A stretch of DNA of 64,000 nt from Candidatus Latescibacterota bacterium. Lineage in GTDB: Bacteria; Latescibacterota; UBA2968; UBA8231. Positions 1-9,671 of this stretch are shown here, piece by piece (position 1 is the stretch's first letter; each line of letters begins with the position of its first letter). Below the pieces are notes generated by a model. The model made no database searches. It saw nothing but the letters and a program-made list of their open reading frames with translations, and had not been told where the DNA came from. A program made the position numbers and the translations under genes. The stretch lies in contig CBDETK010000013.1 of NCBI GenBank assembly GCA_965242865.1, positions 4,288,001 to 4,352,000 on the forward strand. The letters run 5' to 3'.

Positions 1-648
1 GAGCTATGCGGTGGCACCCACGTGCGCTCGACCGGCGAGATCGGCGCGTTCGATTTGGTCGCCGAAAGCGGCATTGCCGCGGGCGTCCGCCGCAGCGAGG
101 CATTGACCGGCGCGGGTGCCGAGCGCGTCGCCCACCAGCGGCGGCAGGTATTGGCCGACTTGGGCACCCGACTCAACGCCGCGCCCGAAGCACTCGCCGA
201 CAAAATCGAGGCCCTCTTGGGGCGCAATCGCCAGTTGGAGCGCACCCTCGACGAATTGCGGCGTCGAGTGGCCGCGCTAGAGACGAGCGACCTGTCGAGT
301 GGAGCATGCCAAGTGCAAGGGGTTGCGGTCGTGGCGCGGCGCACCCAAGCAGAGGACGTGCCCAGCCTGCGGACCATGGCCGACGGATTGCGCGAGAGCT
401 TGGGGTCCGGGGTCGGCGTCTTGGGGGCGGATATCGGCGGCAAGGTTTCCTTTGTCGCCGTTGTCACCGACGACTTAATTGCAGGCCGAGGGCTAAAGGC
501 CGGCGACATTGTGCGCAGCGTGGCCCAGCTCGCCGGCGGGTCGGGAGGCGGCAAGGCGCACTTGGCCCAAGCCGGCGGACGCGACCCAGACAAACTCGAC
601 GCAGCCCTCAACCAAGTGGCGCGCATCGTCGAGCAGCAGCTAACCTAG
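1..648 (+). CDS. alaS: Alanine--tRNA ligase, C-terminal part (5'-truncated by window)
   Basis: Frame 1 opens with the editing motif ELCGGTH, then ESGIAAGVRR and the DHHA1 motif GGSGGGK..AQAGG; TAG at 646-648. Confidence 0.97.
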   Translation, partial: ELCGGTHVRSTGEIGAFDLVAESGIAAGVRRSEALTGAGAERVAHQRRQVLADLGTRLNAAPEALADKIEALLGRNRQLERTLDELRRRVAALETSDLSSGACQVQGVAVVARRTQAEDVPSLRTMADGLRESLGSGVGVLGADIGGKVSFVAVVTDDLIAGRGLKAGDIVRSVAQLAGGSGGGKAHLAQAGGRDPDKLDAALNQVARIVEQQLT

Positions 649-659
649 ACGAGCTCTTT

Positions 660-1406
660 GTGACTAGCAGGGTATTGCAGCACCTATTGGACAGCCGCCA
701 GCGGCGCGGCGCGGGCTACCTGCCCCTGCTGGACCCCGATCGGTTGGAGCTCGACGAATTGGAGGAGCGCGCCCAGCGTTGCGTTGTGGCCGGGGCCGAC
801 GCCATCCTCATCGGCACGAGCCTGATGTTCTCGTCGCGCAATGCGGTCTGCTTCGAGCGCGTCCGGGCGAAGGTCAATGTGCCGGTGATCAGCTTTCCCG
901 GCAGCGCGGGCCAGATGGTGCCGACGGCCGATGCCATCCTCTTCCTGTCGCTGGTGAGCGGGCGCAACCCCGAGTTCCTGATCGGCGAACACGTCAAGGC
1001 CGCCCCGTTAATCCGCGAGTACGGCATTGAGACCATCCCCACCGGATACATGCTGGTCGAGTCCGGGACCCTGACGTCCGTAGAGTTTATGAGCGATACC
1101 CGGCCCATTCCGCGCAACAAGCTCGACATTGCCATGGCCCACGCCTTGGCGGCCCAATACTTGGGCATGCAGCTCATTTACCTAGAGACCGGCAGCGGCG
1201 CGTGTGCTGCGGTGCCCGACGACATGGTGAGCGCGGTGGCCGGTTGCGTCTCCGTGCCGGTCGTCGTCGGCGGCGGCATTCGCGACCCAAAGGTGGCGCG
1301 GGCCAAGGTGGAGGCCGGCGCGGATTTCGTGGTCACGGGCAGCGTCGTCGAAGACGATCAGCAGCGCCTGTGTGCCCTCAGTCGAGCAGTCCACGCGAAA
1401 GAGTGA
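660..1406 (+). CDS. Geranylgeranylglyceryl/heptaprenylglyceryl phosphate synthase (group II-like)
   Basis: GTG at 660 within the long ORF; motifs LLDPD, FPG, DAILFLSLVSGRNP, PTGY, YLETGSGA and VGGGIR. Confidence 0.9.
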   Translation: MTSRVLQHLLDSRQRRGAGYLPLLDPDRLELDELEERAQRCVVAGADAILIGTSLMFSSRNAVCFERVRAKVNVPVISFPGSAGQMVPTADAILFLSLVSGRNPEFLIGEHVKAAPLIREYGIETIPTGYMLVESGTLTSVEFMSDTRPIPRNKLDIAMAHALAAQYLGMQLIYLETGSGACAAVPDDMVSAVAGCVSVPVVVGGGIRDPKVARAKVEAGADFVVTGSVVEDDQQRLCALSRAVHAKE

Positions 1407-1407
1407 T

Positions 1408-1434
1408 CTGGATTCCCGCTGTTGCGGGAATGAC
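1408..1434. repeat. dRS3/REP-like palindrome CTGGATTCCCGCTGTTGCGGGAATGAC
   Basis: ATTCCC-N8-GGGAAT core at 1412-1431 immediately after the stop codon; may act as a terminator or stabilising hairpin. Confidence 0.65.
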
Positions 1435-1518
1435 TCTTCACAGGCAAAGAGACGGTGCCGATGAACACATTCCATGCTTTTAAGTCATTTAGGACTGCTA
1501 TAGGAGTAGCAAGAGGCC

Positions 1519-1785
1519 ATGGTTGAAAAGACGGCCACGATCAACAATCCGCTAGGCATTCACGCTCGTCCGGCCGCGCTCTTGGTGCAGACAGCGGCGC
1601 AATTCAAGGCCGAGATTTATCTGTCCAAAGGCGATGTCGATGGGGTCAACGGCAAGAGCATCATGGGCGTGATGATGCTGGCGGCCGAGCAAGGGGCCCA
1701 AGTTGCGGTGCGGGCCGAGGGCGAGGACGAGGGCGCGGCTGTCGAGGCCATGGTCTCCCTGCTGGAGAGCACATTCGAGGGATAA
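1519..1785 (+). CDS. ptsH: Phosphocarrier protein HPr
   Basis: GIHARPAA (His15) and NGKSIMGVM (Ser46) motifs; 88 aa. Confidence 0.97.
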   Translation: MVEKTATINNPLGIHARPAALLVQTAAQFKAEIYLSKGDVDGVNGKSIMGVMMLAAEQGAQVAVRAEGEDEGAAVEAMVSLLESTFEG

Positions 1786-1787
1786 AC

Positions 1788-3554
1788 TTGACCACGACCA
1801 GCACCCATAAGGTTTTCAATGGTATATGCGTCTCCCCCGGCATTGGCATTGGCCGAGCGTTCGCCTACCACAAGCGGGCTCCGGTCATCACCCGCCGGCG
1901 CGTGGCGCAGCACCTCGTTGAGGAGGAGGTCGAGCGCTTTCGCAACATACTCCACCAAGCGGGCGACGAAATCCGGCGCATTCGCCGCTGGGTCGCCAGT
2001 GAGCAGGGCGAGGAGCTGGCGCAGATGTTCGACGCCCAACTCGCTATGCTAGAGGACCCATCCATCAAAGCGCAGACCGAGGCCTTGATACGCGAAGAAC
2101 ACTATTCGGCCGAGCGAGCGTACGCCGAGGAGTTGGAGAAAGTCAAAGAGGCCTTCGGCAACATTGAAAACGAATACCTGCGGGCGCGGATTAGCGATGT
2201 GGTAGATATCGAAAATCAGGTGTTGATGCGATTGGCCGGGGGCGAGGTCAAGGCGCTCGATTCGCTCCGCGCCAACGCGATCATCCTCGCGCACGACTTG
2301 CTGCCCTCGGAGATGGTGCGCCTAGAGCGCCGCCGGATCAAAGGCGTGGTGCTCGACGCTGGCGGCGCCGCGTCGCACGCAGCCATCATCGCTCGCTCGT
2401 TGCAGTTGCCCACGGTCGTCGGCACCGGCGATTGTTCGCGCCAAGTAACCGATGGCGACTTGGTCGTCGTTGATGGCAACGAAGGCCAGGTCCACCTGCG
2501 GCCCGATTCCCGCGGCGAGCGGCGCTATCGAGCGCGTCGCCGGCGTCAGCTCCGGCGCGAACGCACCTTGGAGCGGCGGCGCAACTTGCCCGCGGTCACC
2601 CGAGACGGGCAAGAAATCGCATTGATGGCCAACGTCGATGTGCAGACCGAAGTGCAGATGGCGCTCGACCACGGCGCTCGCGGCGTGGGCATGTACCGCA
2701 CCGAGTTTTTGTATCTCAATTACCGCTTGCCCGCTGAGGAGGAACAATTCAAGGTCTATTCCTCGATCGTCGAATCGCTGGCCCCGCATCCCGTGGTGAT
2801 CCGCACCATGGACTTGGGAGGAGACAAGCTGTCCCACGTCTTGGAGGTGCAGCCCGAAGCCAATCCCTTCTTGGGGTGGCGCGGCATCCGCATTTGCCTC
2901 GATGCCCCCGAGCTGTTCCAGACCCAGTTGCGCGCCCTGCTGAGGGCCGGCCTGCACGGCGAGGCTCAAATTTTGTTGCCGATGATATCGAGCTTGAACG
3001 AGCTGCGGCGCATCCGGGTGCTCGTGGAGGAAACCAAAGACGAGCTCCGCGCGGCCGGGCAGCCCTTTGCCGAGCATTGCAAGTTGGGCATCATGGTCGA
3101 AGTGCCGTCCGTGGCTTTGATGGCCGATCGCTTTGCCGGCGAAGTCGATTTTTTCAGCCTCGGCACCAACGATCTAACCCAATACGCGCTGGCGGTCGAT
3201 CGGGGCATGAGCAAAGTGGCGTGGCTCTACGACCCGTTTCACCCGGCGGTCTTGCGCTTGATCAAGATGGTCACCGACAGCGGCCAGCGCACCAACACCC
3301 CCGTGAGCATCTGCGGCGAGATGGCCGGTGACCCCTTGGCCACGACGCTCTTGCTCGGGCTCGGGCTGGATTGTCTGAGCCTAAGCCCCGGGCTCATCCC
3401 GGAAGTCAAGGAGGTCATTCGCCTCATCCGCGCGGAGAAGGCGCGGCAGATCGCCGACGAGTGCTTGGCCATGGACACCGGGGCCGAAGTGCGCCAGCAC
3501 TTGGAGGATACCGTCGGCGAGTACATGCCCTTCTGGCACCATAAGTCTCAGTGA
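1788..3554 (+). CDS. ptsI: PEP-protein phosphotransferase (PTS Enzyme I)
   Basis: [16 protein letters not shown] phospho-His motif, [36 protein letters not shown]. Confidence 0.97.
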   Translation: MTTTSTHKVFNGICVSPGIGIGRAFAYHKRAPVITRRRVAQHLVEEEVERFRNILHQAGDEIRRIRRWVASEQGEELAQMFDAQLAMLEDPSIKAQTEALIREEHYSAERAYAEELEKVKEAFGNIENEYLRARISDVVDIENQVLMRLAGGEVKALDSLRANAIILAHDLLPSEMVRLERRRIKGVVLDAGGAASHAAIIARSLQLPTVVGTGDCSRQVTDGDLVVVDGNEGQVHLRPDSRGERRYRARRRRQLRRERTLERRRNLPAVTRDGQEIALMANVDVQTEVQMALDHGARGVGMYRTEFLYLNYRLPAEEEQFKVYSSIVESLAPHPVVIRTMDLGGDKLSHVLEVQPEANPFLGWRGIRICLDAPELFQTQLRALLRAGLHGEAQILLPMISSLNELRRIRVLVEETKDELRAAGQPFAEHCKLGIMVEVPSVALMADRFAGEVDFFSLGTNDLTQYALAVDRGMSKVAWLYDPFHPAVLRLIKMVTDSGQRTNTPVSICGEMAGDPLATTLLLGLGLDCLSLSPGLIPEVKEVIRLIRAEKARQIADECLAMDTGAEVRQHLEDTVGEYMPFWHHKSQ

Positions 3555-3573
3555 AGGAGCGCGAGAATACACC

Positions 3574-4740
3574 ATGTCCAAATCCATGTTTACTTCCGAA
3601 TCCGTGTCCGAGGGGCACCCCGACAAAGTCGCCGACCAGATTTCCGACGCCGTCCTCGACGCCATGCTCGTCGAGGACCCCAACGCCCGGGTCGCCTGCG
3701 AGGCCCTCGTCACCACCGACCGAGTGGTCGTTGCCGGCGAGGTTAGAAGCAAGGCGCGCCTAGACGTTGAGGCCCTCGTCCGGCAGGTCATCGCCGATAT
3801 TGGCTACTGCGAGCCCGGGCAGGGCTTTGACTTTCGCTCGTGCAAAATCCTCGTGGCCTTGGGCCAGCAATCGCCCGATATAGCCCAAGGCGTCAACGCG
3901 GGCGAGGGGCTGCACAAGGAAGAGGGCGCGGGCGACCAAGGCATGATGTTTGGCTATGCCTGCCGCGAAACCCCGCAGCTCATGCCGCTGCCCATCATCC
4001 TCGCGCACGGGCTTATGCAGCGCCTGACGCGGCTGCGCCAAGGCGCGAACATTCCCTATCTGCGGCCGGACGCCAAGTCGCAAGTCACGGTCGAGTACGA
4101 CGGCGATCAGCCCGTGCGCGTAGGAGCCGTAGTCCTCTCGACCCAGCACGCCCCCGAGGCCCAGCACGCGCAGATCGAACAGGACATGATCGAGCAGGTC
4201 ATAAAAGAGGTAATCCCCGCCCGGCTGCTCGACGACGACACCCAATACCACGTCAATCCCACGGGTCGCTTCGTCATCGGGGGGCCGCCCGGCGACTGCG
4301 GATTGACTGGCCGCAAGATCATCGTCGATACGTACGGGGGCGCGTGTCCGCACGGCGGCGGAGCCTTTTCCGGCAAGGACCCCAGCAAGGTGGACCGCAG
4401 TGCCCACTACATGGCGCGCTACGTGGCCAAAAACGTGGTGGCCGCCCGCTTGGCCGCCCGCTGCCAAGTGCAACTGGCGTATGCCATTGGCGTGGCCGCG
4501 CCCGTATCTGTGCGGGTCGATACCTTTGGCACGGGCGTCGCGCCCGACGCGGAGATCGCCGCGGCCGTGCCCAAGGTGTTCGGCCTAACGCCCAAGGGCA
4601 TCATCGAGGCCCTTCAATTGAGGCGACCCATCTACCGAAAGACCACCAACTACGGCCACTTTGGACGCGAGGAACCCGAGTTCGTCTGGGAACGGACCGA
4701 CAAGGCCGAGTCGTTGCGTGGGGCCGTGGGGAGCAAATAG
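3574..4740 (+). CDS. metK: S-adenosylmethionine synthetase
   Basis: [35 protein letters not shown]. Confidence 0.99.
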   Translation: MSKSMFTSESVSEGHPDKVADQISDAVLDAMLVEDPNARVACEALVTTDRVVVAGEVRSKARLDVEALVRQVIADIGYCEPGQGFDFRSCKILVALGQQSPDIAQGVNAGEGLHKEEGAGDQGMMFGYACRETPQLMPLPIILAHGLMQRLTRLRQGANIPYLRPDAKSQVTVEYDGDQPVRVGAVVLSTQHAPEAQHAQIEQDMIEQVIKEVIPARLLDDDTQYHVNPTGRFVIGGPPGDCGLTGRKIIVDTYGGACPHGGGAFSGKDPSKVDRSAHYMARYVAKNVVAARLAARCQVQLAYAIGVAAPVSVRVDTFGTGVAPDAEIAAAVPKVFGLTPKGIIEALQLRRPIYRKTTNYGHFGREEPEFVWERTDKAESLRGAVGSK

Positions 4741-4804
4741 ATTCCGGGAAGGCGGGTCGCTGGTGTCGTGTACTTAGAGGGCCATAACACAAAAGGAGAA
4801 AATC

Positions 4805-6613
4805 GTGAAAGTTGGTAAGCAGTTTATTGCAGTCTTTTTTGGCGTCGTCCTCACTTGCTTCGTCTATTCTTGCGAGAGCACCGACGATGGTTCGCCTACG
4901 GGTCCGATGCGTTCCGCCAAGCTGTCTAAATCTGGAGCGCAACCCAACTCAACCTCCCAGCGGAGAGCCGCTCGCGCCCACGCAGAACTGGAGCGCGCTC
5001 TATCGGACATTTACGATGCCAGCGAAGTTGACCTCGACCGCATTGACTTCTCCGAAGCCGACCGGCTCTACCGTTGGGCCATCTCCGCCGATCCGAGTAA
5101 TACTGAAGCCCAATTCGGTGCAGCGATTACCCGCTTGCTGGTCCTCGCCCTCAACGAGGATGTGCGTGCCGTCCAAGATTCGCTTGATGCCTACGTAGAT
5201 GGCGCGGCCGTTGGCGGGGTATTCCTCAGCTATCTGGATCTCGCCGCCACCACAGAGGCCGCTGGCAAGCTGCCGCTAATGACCGCTAAAATGACCCAAG
5301 AAGCCATAACGAACCCTCGCAAGGTCAGCGACTTTCAGGAGACGATCGCCGAGGAGATTCTGCCGGCCATTGACTATTCCTTGGAACGCCTCCAGATCGT
5401 CGAGGGCGACCTCGGTTTTACCTTTGAATTGACGCCGAAAATGCAGGGGGACGAATACGAGGAGGCGCGCGAAATTGACTTGGGCGAAGCCTATATGATT
5501 GACGCCCAACTCCGCTTACTCAAAGCCATCTTTCAAGTGGCCCTCGCCTATAATTTCGATTTCGAGGACAACGGTAGCTATGGATTTTTCGACGACGACA
5601 GCGATGAGAATCTCCTGCGGCAAATGGAGCGTCTAGGCAAGACAGGCCCTTTTATGACGCTGCGATCGCCCGACGCCATGCGCGATGCCAAAGCTTCAAT
5701 TTTGACGGCGATTGACAAAATTGAGGAGGGGCTGGGAGCCATTCGCATCGAGACCGACGACCAAGACGATGATATCATCCTCGCGGAAGACCTCGACGAC
5801 TTAGACGACCAAATTGACCTTTCGGACCGAGACGACTTTCCGGTCTTTTTCCGCGGAATCCGCTCCGTCAACACCGCCTTGCGCAAGGCCCGCCAAATCC
5901 TTGAAGGCACCGTCTGAATTGAAGCCAACTTCGACGGCGACGCGTACACGCCCAAACAGACTGTGATTTTCGATGTCGGCCAATTCTTCGACAATCCGGT
6001 TGAGGACTTGCGGACCTTACTGCCTTACCACACTTGGCATCTCGACCGGCTGCAAAATCGCAACTTTGCCGACGAGTTGGTATTGACCGACGCTGCGGGC
6101 AACGCTTTGGAGGACTCTCCACCGTTGGTCTTTCCCGACCCGTCCTTTGGCGGCGTTTTCAGCAATATCAGCACCAACGATCAGGCCCTCGACCTCTTCG
6201 GCATAAACGACGCCAACCACAATCAAAAGGACCTACTCTACGAACTTGGCCTAATTCGCTGGCGCGACGGAGGCATCGTCGTTACCAATAGAGCCCCGGC
6301 CGCTGTTGAGGTGAGCTACTCCGGCGAGTTGGTGAGAAACACGAGTCTGGAGTTCCACAGCGTGACCGTGAGGCGCTGGACCACGGGTCTAGACGTGGTG
6401 CGCAGCGAATTTGGCCGGCCGTTCAAGGGTGGGCGTTGGATGGGTCTAAATATTCTGAAAGACGGCAGATACATCTTCGACGAATGGTTGTGGCTGTGGA
6501 CCGAGGGAAATGCTTACGTCACCATTTACGACGACCGCTTGACCATTGATGTGCCGGAGGATTACCACACGCCTTGGGATGTGTACGGGTCCTACATTCT
6601 CGAATTGCCTTGA
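4805..6613 (+). pseudogene. Hypothetical acidic lipoprotein interrupted by one in-frame TGA at 5915-5917
   Basis: RBS AAAGGAG, lipobox-like FVYSC; ORFs 4805-5917 and 5963-6613 are in the same frame with an open linker (EGTV*IEANFDGDAYTPKQTVIFD). Confidence 0.6.
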
Positions 6614-6657
6614 AGTGGGGACCGATGCTCTTTGAGGTGGCGTTCCCGGTTATTTTA

Positions 6658-6706
6658 CGCGGGTCGTATTCCCTCGTGGGTGTGCGACCCGCGCTCCTTC
6701 TTTTTT
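6658..6706 (+). terminator. Putative intrinsic terminator
   Basis: CGCGGGTCGTA / TGCGACCCGCG stem followed by CTCCTTCTTTTTT. Confidence 0.45.
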
Positions 6707-8111
6707 GAGTTCTTTTTCTTCTTTTCGCTCTTGGCTCCTGTGGCTGTTGCTGGCCTGTGGCTGTAACGCGGTTTCCAGTAATGCCGCTCCGCTGGACGCG
6801 CTGGCCACCCTGTGGACCTCCCGCAGCGAACCTTGGTCCCATCCCGCCGCTATGGCTCGGACGCGACCCGCGCAGACAAAGCTCGAACTCAGCCACCATC
6901 TGTTGATTCGCTCCCGCAGCCGCGAAAGCTCCGCTTGGGGGCTGTCCGCCCGTCGAGATGTGCCTCTATTCCGGGGCGTCTTACGCTTGGAATTTCGCCA
7001 TGCGGATACGGCGGCCCGCCTTTCGTCTGGCTCGATTCGGTTTTCTACTCAACAGCACAATCCCAAGCTCTTTGACCTGAGTTATGGTCGGCCCTTCAGC
7101 CACCTAGATATGGGTTTTAAGGCGCGGCTGCGACCCTCCACTGCTGATCTTGAGGGGGCTGTCGGGCTCGGTGTAAAACTCCCGGCCAACTGGAACGCCG
7201 CGGTCCATTTTAGCCGTTATGCAGTAAATCAGCAGATCGCTTTCGATTTCAAATCCGACCGCATTGATGCAGGTATTGGGGGCCATCGCAGTGCCGGTGG
7301 CTTCACCTTGCAGGGCGGCGTTTTTGACAAAATCGCAATGAAGCTGCGTGGGGACTGGGGTGGTCTGTCGGTAGATTCTCGGGAGGAGGGCTATGCTCTG
7401 GCGCCGCAAACCGACTGGGGTACTTACGAAGGGGTAGCGACCTTCTCCATTACCCCCGCTTTATCTCTGCATACTAGGGGGCGTTACCGACAATTCTCCG
7501 CTCGGCCCGAAGGCACTTTGCAGGACCGGCGTTTCATGCGCAGCCGCGCCGAGGGACGCGATGCCGCTGGCTTTCTCACGGTGCGCTACGCCTCGCAACG
7601 GGACCGGGAAATGGCATGGGGTATTTTCGCCAATCGCGGCTCGATAGAGGCTCGCGGAGGTCGCTTGGAGAGTTGGCCCTTCATCAACAGCTTCGCCTCG
7701 GTTTTGGGCGGCAAGGACTGGTCGTTCTGGGGCGATGCAGACTTGCGCCTCTACGGCACTGATTTTCGTCTTCGCCGCCGCCATGCCCGCTGGCAGTTGG
7801 AAACGGCTACCCATCTTTTTTATTTGCACGGTAGCCTATCCACGACCTCGCGGGAGCGTAGAAAATTCAATTTTTTCAGTTTGTTCTTTCCCAAAAAGCA
7901 CCGGGCCGCCGGCACTTTTGGGGCTACGGTCCTAGACCTCGCTGTCCAGATTGAGTACCAGTTTTCCGCTTGGAGTTTGCGCTACTCGGTTGCCCAGCTT
8001 TTCCCACTGGATATGCGTTCCTCCTTTGCTTCGGCCGCCGAATCGGGCGAGGACAAGCGCGGCGGAAGCCAACAGCGGCTCAGCCTGACGTACACTCCCG
8101 ACATGAAATAA
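6705..8111 (+). CDS. Hypothetical outer-membrane beta-barrel-like protein
   Basis: N-terminal signal peptide; alternating hydrophobic/aromatic beta-strand pattern throughout, ending RLSLTY; start uncertain. Confidence 0.55.
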   Translation: MSSFSSFRSWLLWLLLACGCNAVSSNAAPLDALATLWTSRSEPWSHPAAMARTRPAQTKLELSHHLLIRSRSRESSAWGLSARRDVPLFRGVLRLEFRHADTAARLSSGSIRFSTQQHNPKLFDLSYGRPFSHLDMGFKARLRPSTADLEGAVGLGVKLPANWNAAVHFSRYAVNQQIAFDFKSDRIDAGIGGHRSAGGFTLQGGVFDKIAMKLRGDWGGLSVDSREEGYALAPQTDWGTYEGVATFSITPALSLHTRGRYRQFSARPEGTLQDRRFMRSRAEGRDAAGFLTVRYASQRDREMAWGIFANRGSIEARGGRLESWPFINSFASVLGGKDWSFWGDADLRLYGTDFRLRRRHARWQLETATHLFYLHGSLSTTSRERRKFNFFSLFFPKKHRAAGTFGATVLDLAVQIEYQFSAWSLRYSVAQLFPLDMRSSFASAAESGEDKRGGSQQRLSLTYTPDMK

Positions 8112-8288
8112 TCACAGGCGTTACGCGGTCTTGCCGAAGGCTCGCGGGTTGAGGTGGTACTCGACCGAGGCCAGTTGGCCGTGCGGCGAGCCGCCTGAAG
8201 CGGGAACCGCGATTTAGCGCTCGTAGTCTTTTTTTGTGAACCGCGAAAATTATCCGTATTTTCACACCCTTTTCAGAGAGGAAATCCC

Positions 8289-9671
8289 ATGCGGAAGTTG
8301 TGCTTTTCCCTGTTCATTTTGAGCCTCGCGGTGGCGGGCAATGCCCAGGCCAGCGACAACATGCAGCTTTTGCGCCAGATGAGCGATGGCTTTGCCGAAC
8401 TCGCCGCGCAGGTTAAGCACGGCGTCGTAAAAATCACGACCGAGGGCACCGAGGAGGGCCGCGTATTTGACCTGCCGTGGCGAAGGCCCTTCCGCGCCCC
8501 GGACCAATGGCACCGGGGCCAAGGCTCGGGCGTGATCGTCGAGTTGGATGGCCAGCAGTACATCATCACCAACAACCACGTGATTCGCAGCGCGGACAAC
8601 ATCCGCGTGGAAGCGACTGATTCGCGGTTTTTTGCCGCCGCGGTGGTCGGTCGCGATTCCTTGAGCGATGTGGCTGTGCTGAAGATCGACGCCGAAAGCC
8701 TGCCCACCTTGACCTTGGGCGACTCAGACCGGCTGCGCGAGGGCGAGTGGGTGATGGCCATAGGCAATCCCTTGGGCTTCGCTCACTCCGTGACGATGGG
8801 CACGGTCAGTGCGCTGGGGCGGGGTCGTTTCGGCCCTGAGTACGGCTCCTTCATCCAGACCGATGCCGCCCTCAACAAGGGCAACAGCGGCGGGGGCCTA
8901 ATCAACTTGCGCGGGGAGCTCGTGGGCCTCAACACCGCCATCTCCAGCAACGACGGCGGCAATATAGGCATTGGCTTTGCCATTCCGATCAACTTGGTCA
9001 AACACGTGGCCGAGCAGCTTATTGAGCACGGCGAGGTGCGGCGCGGTTTCCTCGGCGTGAGAATCGGCGACTTGGACCCGCTGTTGGCCGAAGCCCTGGG
9101 GCTGGACGACACCCGAGGCGTGTTGATCCGCAGCGTAAGCCCCGAGCGAGCAGCGGATAAGGCCGGCGTCAAACGAGACGACATCGTGCTCGAAGTCGAT
9201 GGGCAGCCCGTCCATAATACCGTCGATCTGAGGAGTCAGATCGGGCGCACCGCCCCGGGCGTGGAGGTCGAGTTGCTGGTGTTGCGCGAGGGCGCGAAGA
9301 AGCGCATCGCGGTCGAGTTGGAGGCTCTGACCGAGGAGGTCTTAGCCTCGGCCGCTGGTGCCCGCGATGCCAATGAGGCGCGTGGGCCGCTGGGGATCCG
9401 GGTGGAGAACCTAAAGGACGAGTGGGCGGAACGCTTGGGATACGAAGACGAAGTTGGGGTGTTGATCGTGCGGGTGGCCAGAGGCAGTGAGGCGGCCAAG
9501 CGGGGCTTGCGCCGATTGATGCTCATTCAGCAGATAAACGGCGAACAGGTGGAAACCGTAGCAGAGTACGAGGATGCGTTGGCAGCCATTGAGCCGGGGG
9601 ATGCGTTTATGATGCGGGTGCTGGGCGAGCAGGGGACGCGACTGGTGGGGTTGCGGATGCCGGCAAATTGA
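8289..9671 (+). CDS. htrA: HtrA/DegP/DegQ-family periplasmic serine protease with two PDZ domains
   Basis: Signal peptide, GSGVI, TNNHV (His), SDVAVLK (Asp), IQTDAALNKGNSGG (Ser), GIGFAIP. Confidence 0.95.
   Translation: MRKLCFSLFILSLAVAGNAQASDNMQLLRQMSDGFAELAAQVKHGVVKITTEGTEEGRVFDLPWRRPFRAPDQWHRGQGSGVIVELDGQQYIITNNHVIRSADNIRVEATDSRFFAAAVVGRDSLSDVAVLKIDAESLPTLTLGDSDRLREGEWVMAIGNPLGFAHSVTMGTVSALGRGRFGPEYGSFIQTDAALNKGNSGGGLINLRGELVGLNTAISSNDGGNIGIGFAIPINLVKHVAEQLIEHGEVRRGFLGVRIGDLDPLLAEALGLDDTRGVLIRSVSPERAADKAGVKRDDIVLEVDGQPVHNTVDLRSQIGRTAPGVEVELLVLREGAKKRIAVELEALTEEVLASAAGARDANEARGPLGIRVENLKDEWAERLGYEDEVGVLIVRVARGSEAAKRGLRRLMLIQQINGEQVETVAEYEDALAAIEPGDAFMMRVLGEQGTRLVGLRMPAN

Noticed and set aside
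6-659. N-terminal 218 aa of the listed 466-aa ORF
   Set aside because: Arg-rich off-frame overlap with alaS; the real protein starts at GTG 660.
5915-5960. Selenocysteine or genetic-code reassignment at the in-frame TGA
   Set aside because: No convincing SECIS or redox context, many neighbouring genes end correctly at TGA, and the SelA-like gene is DgaE-type.
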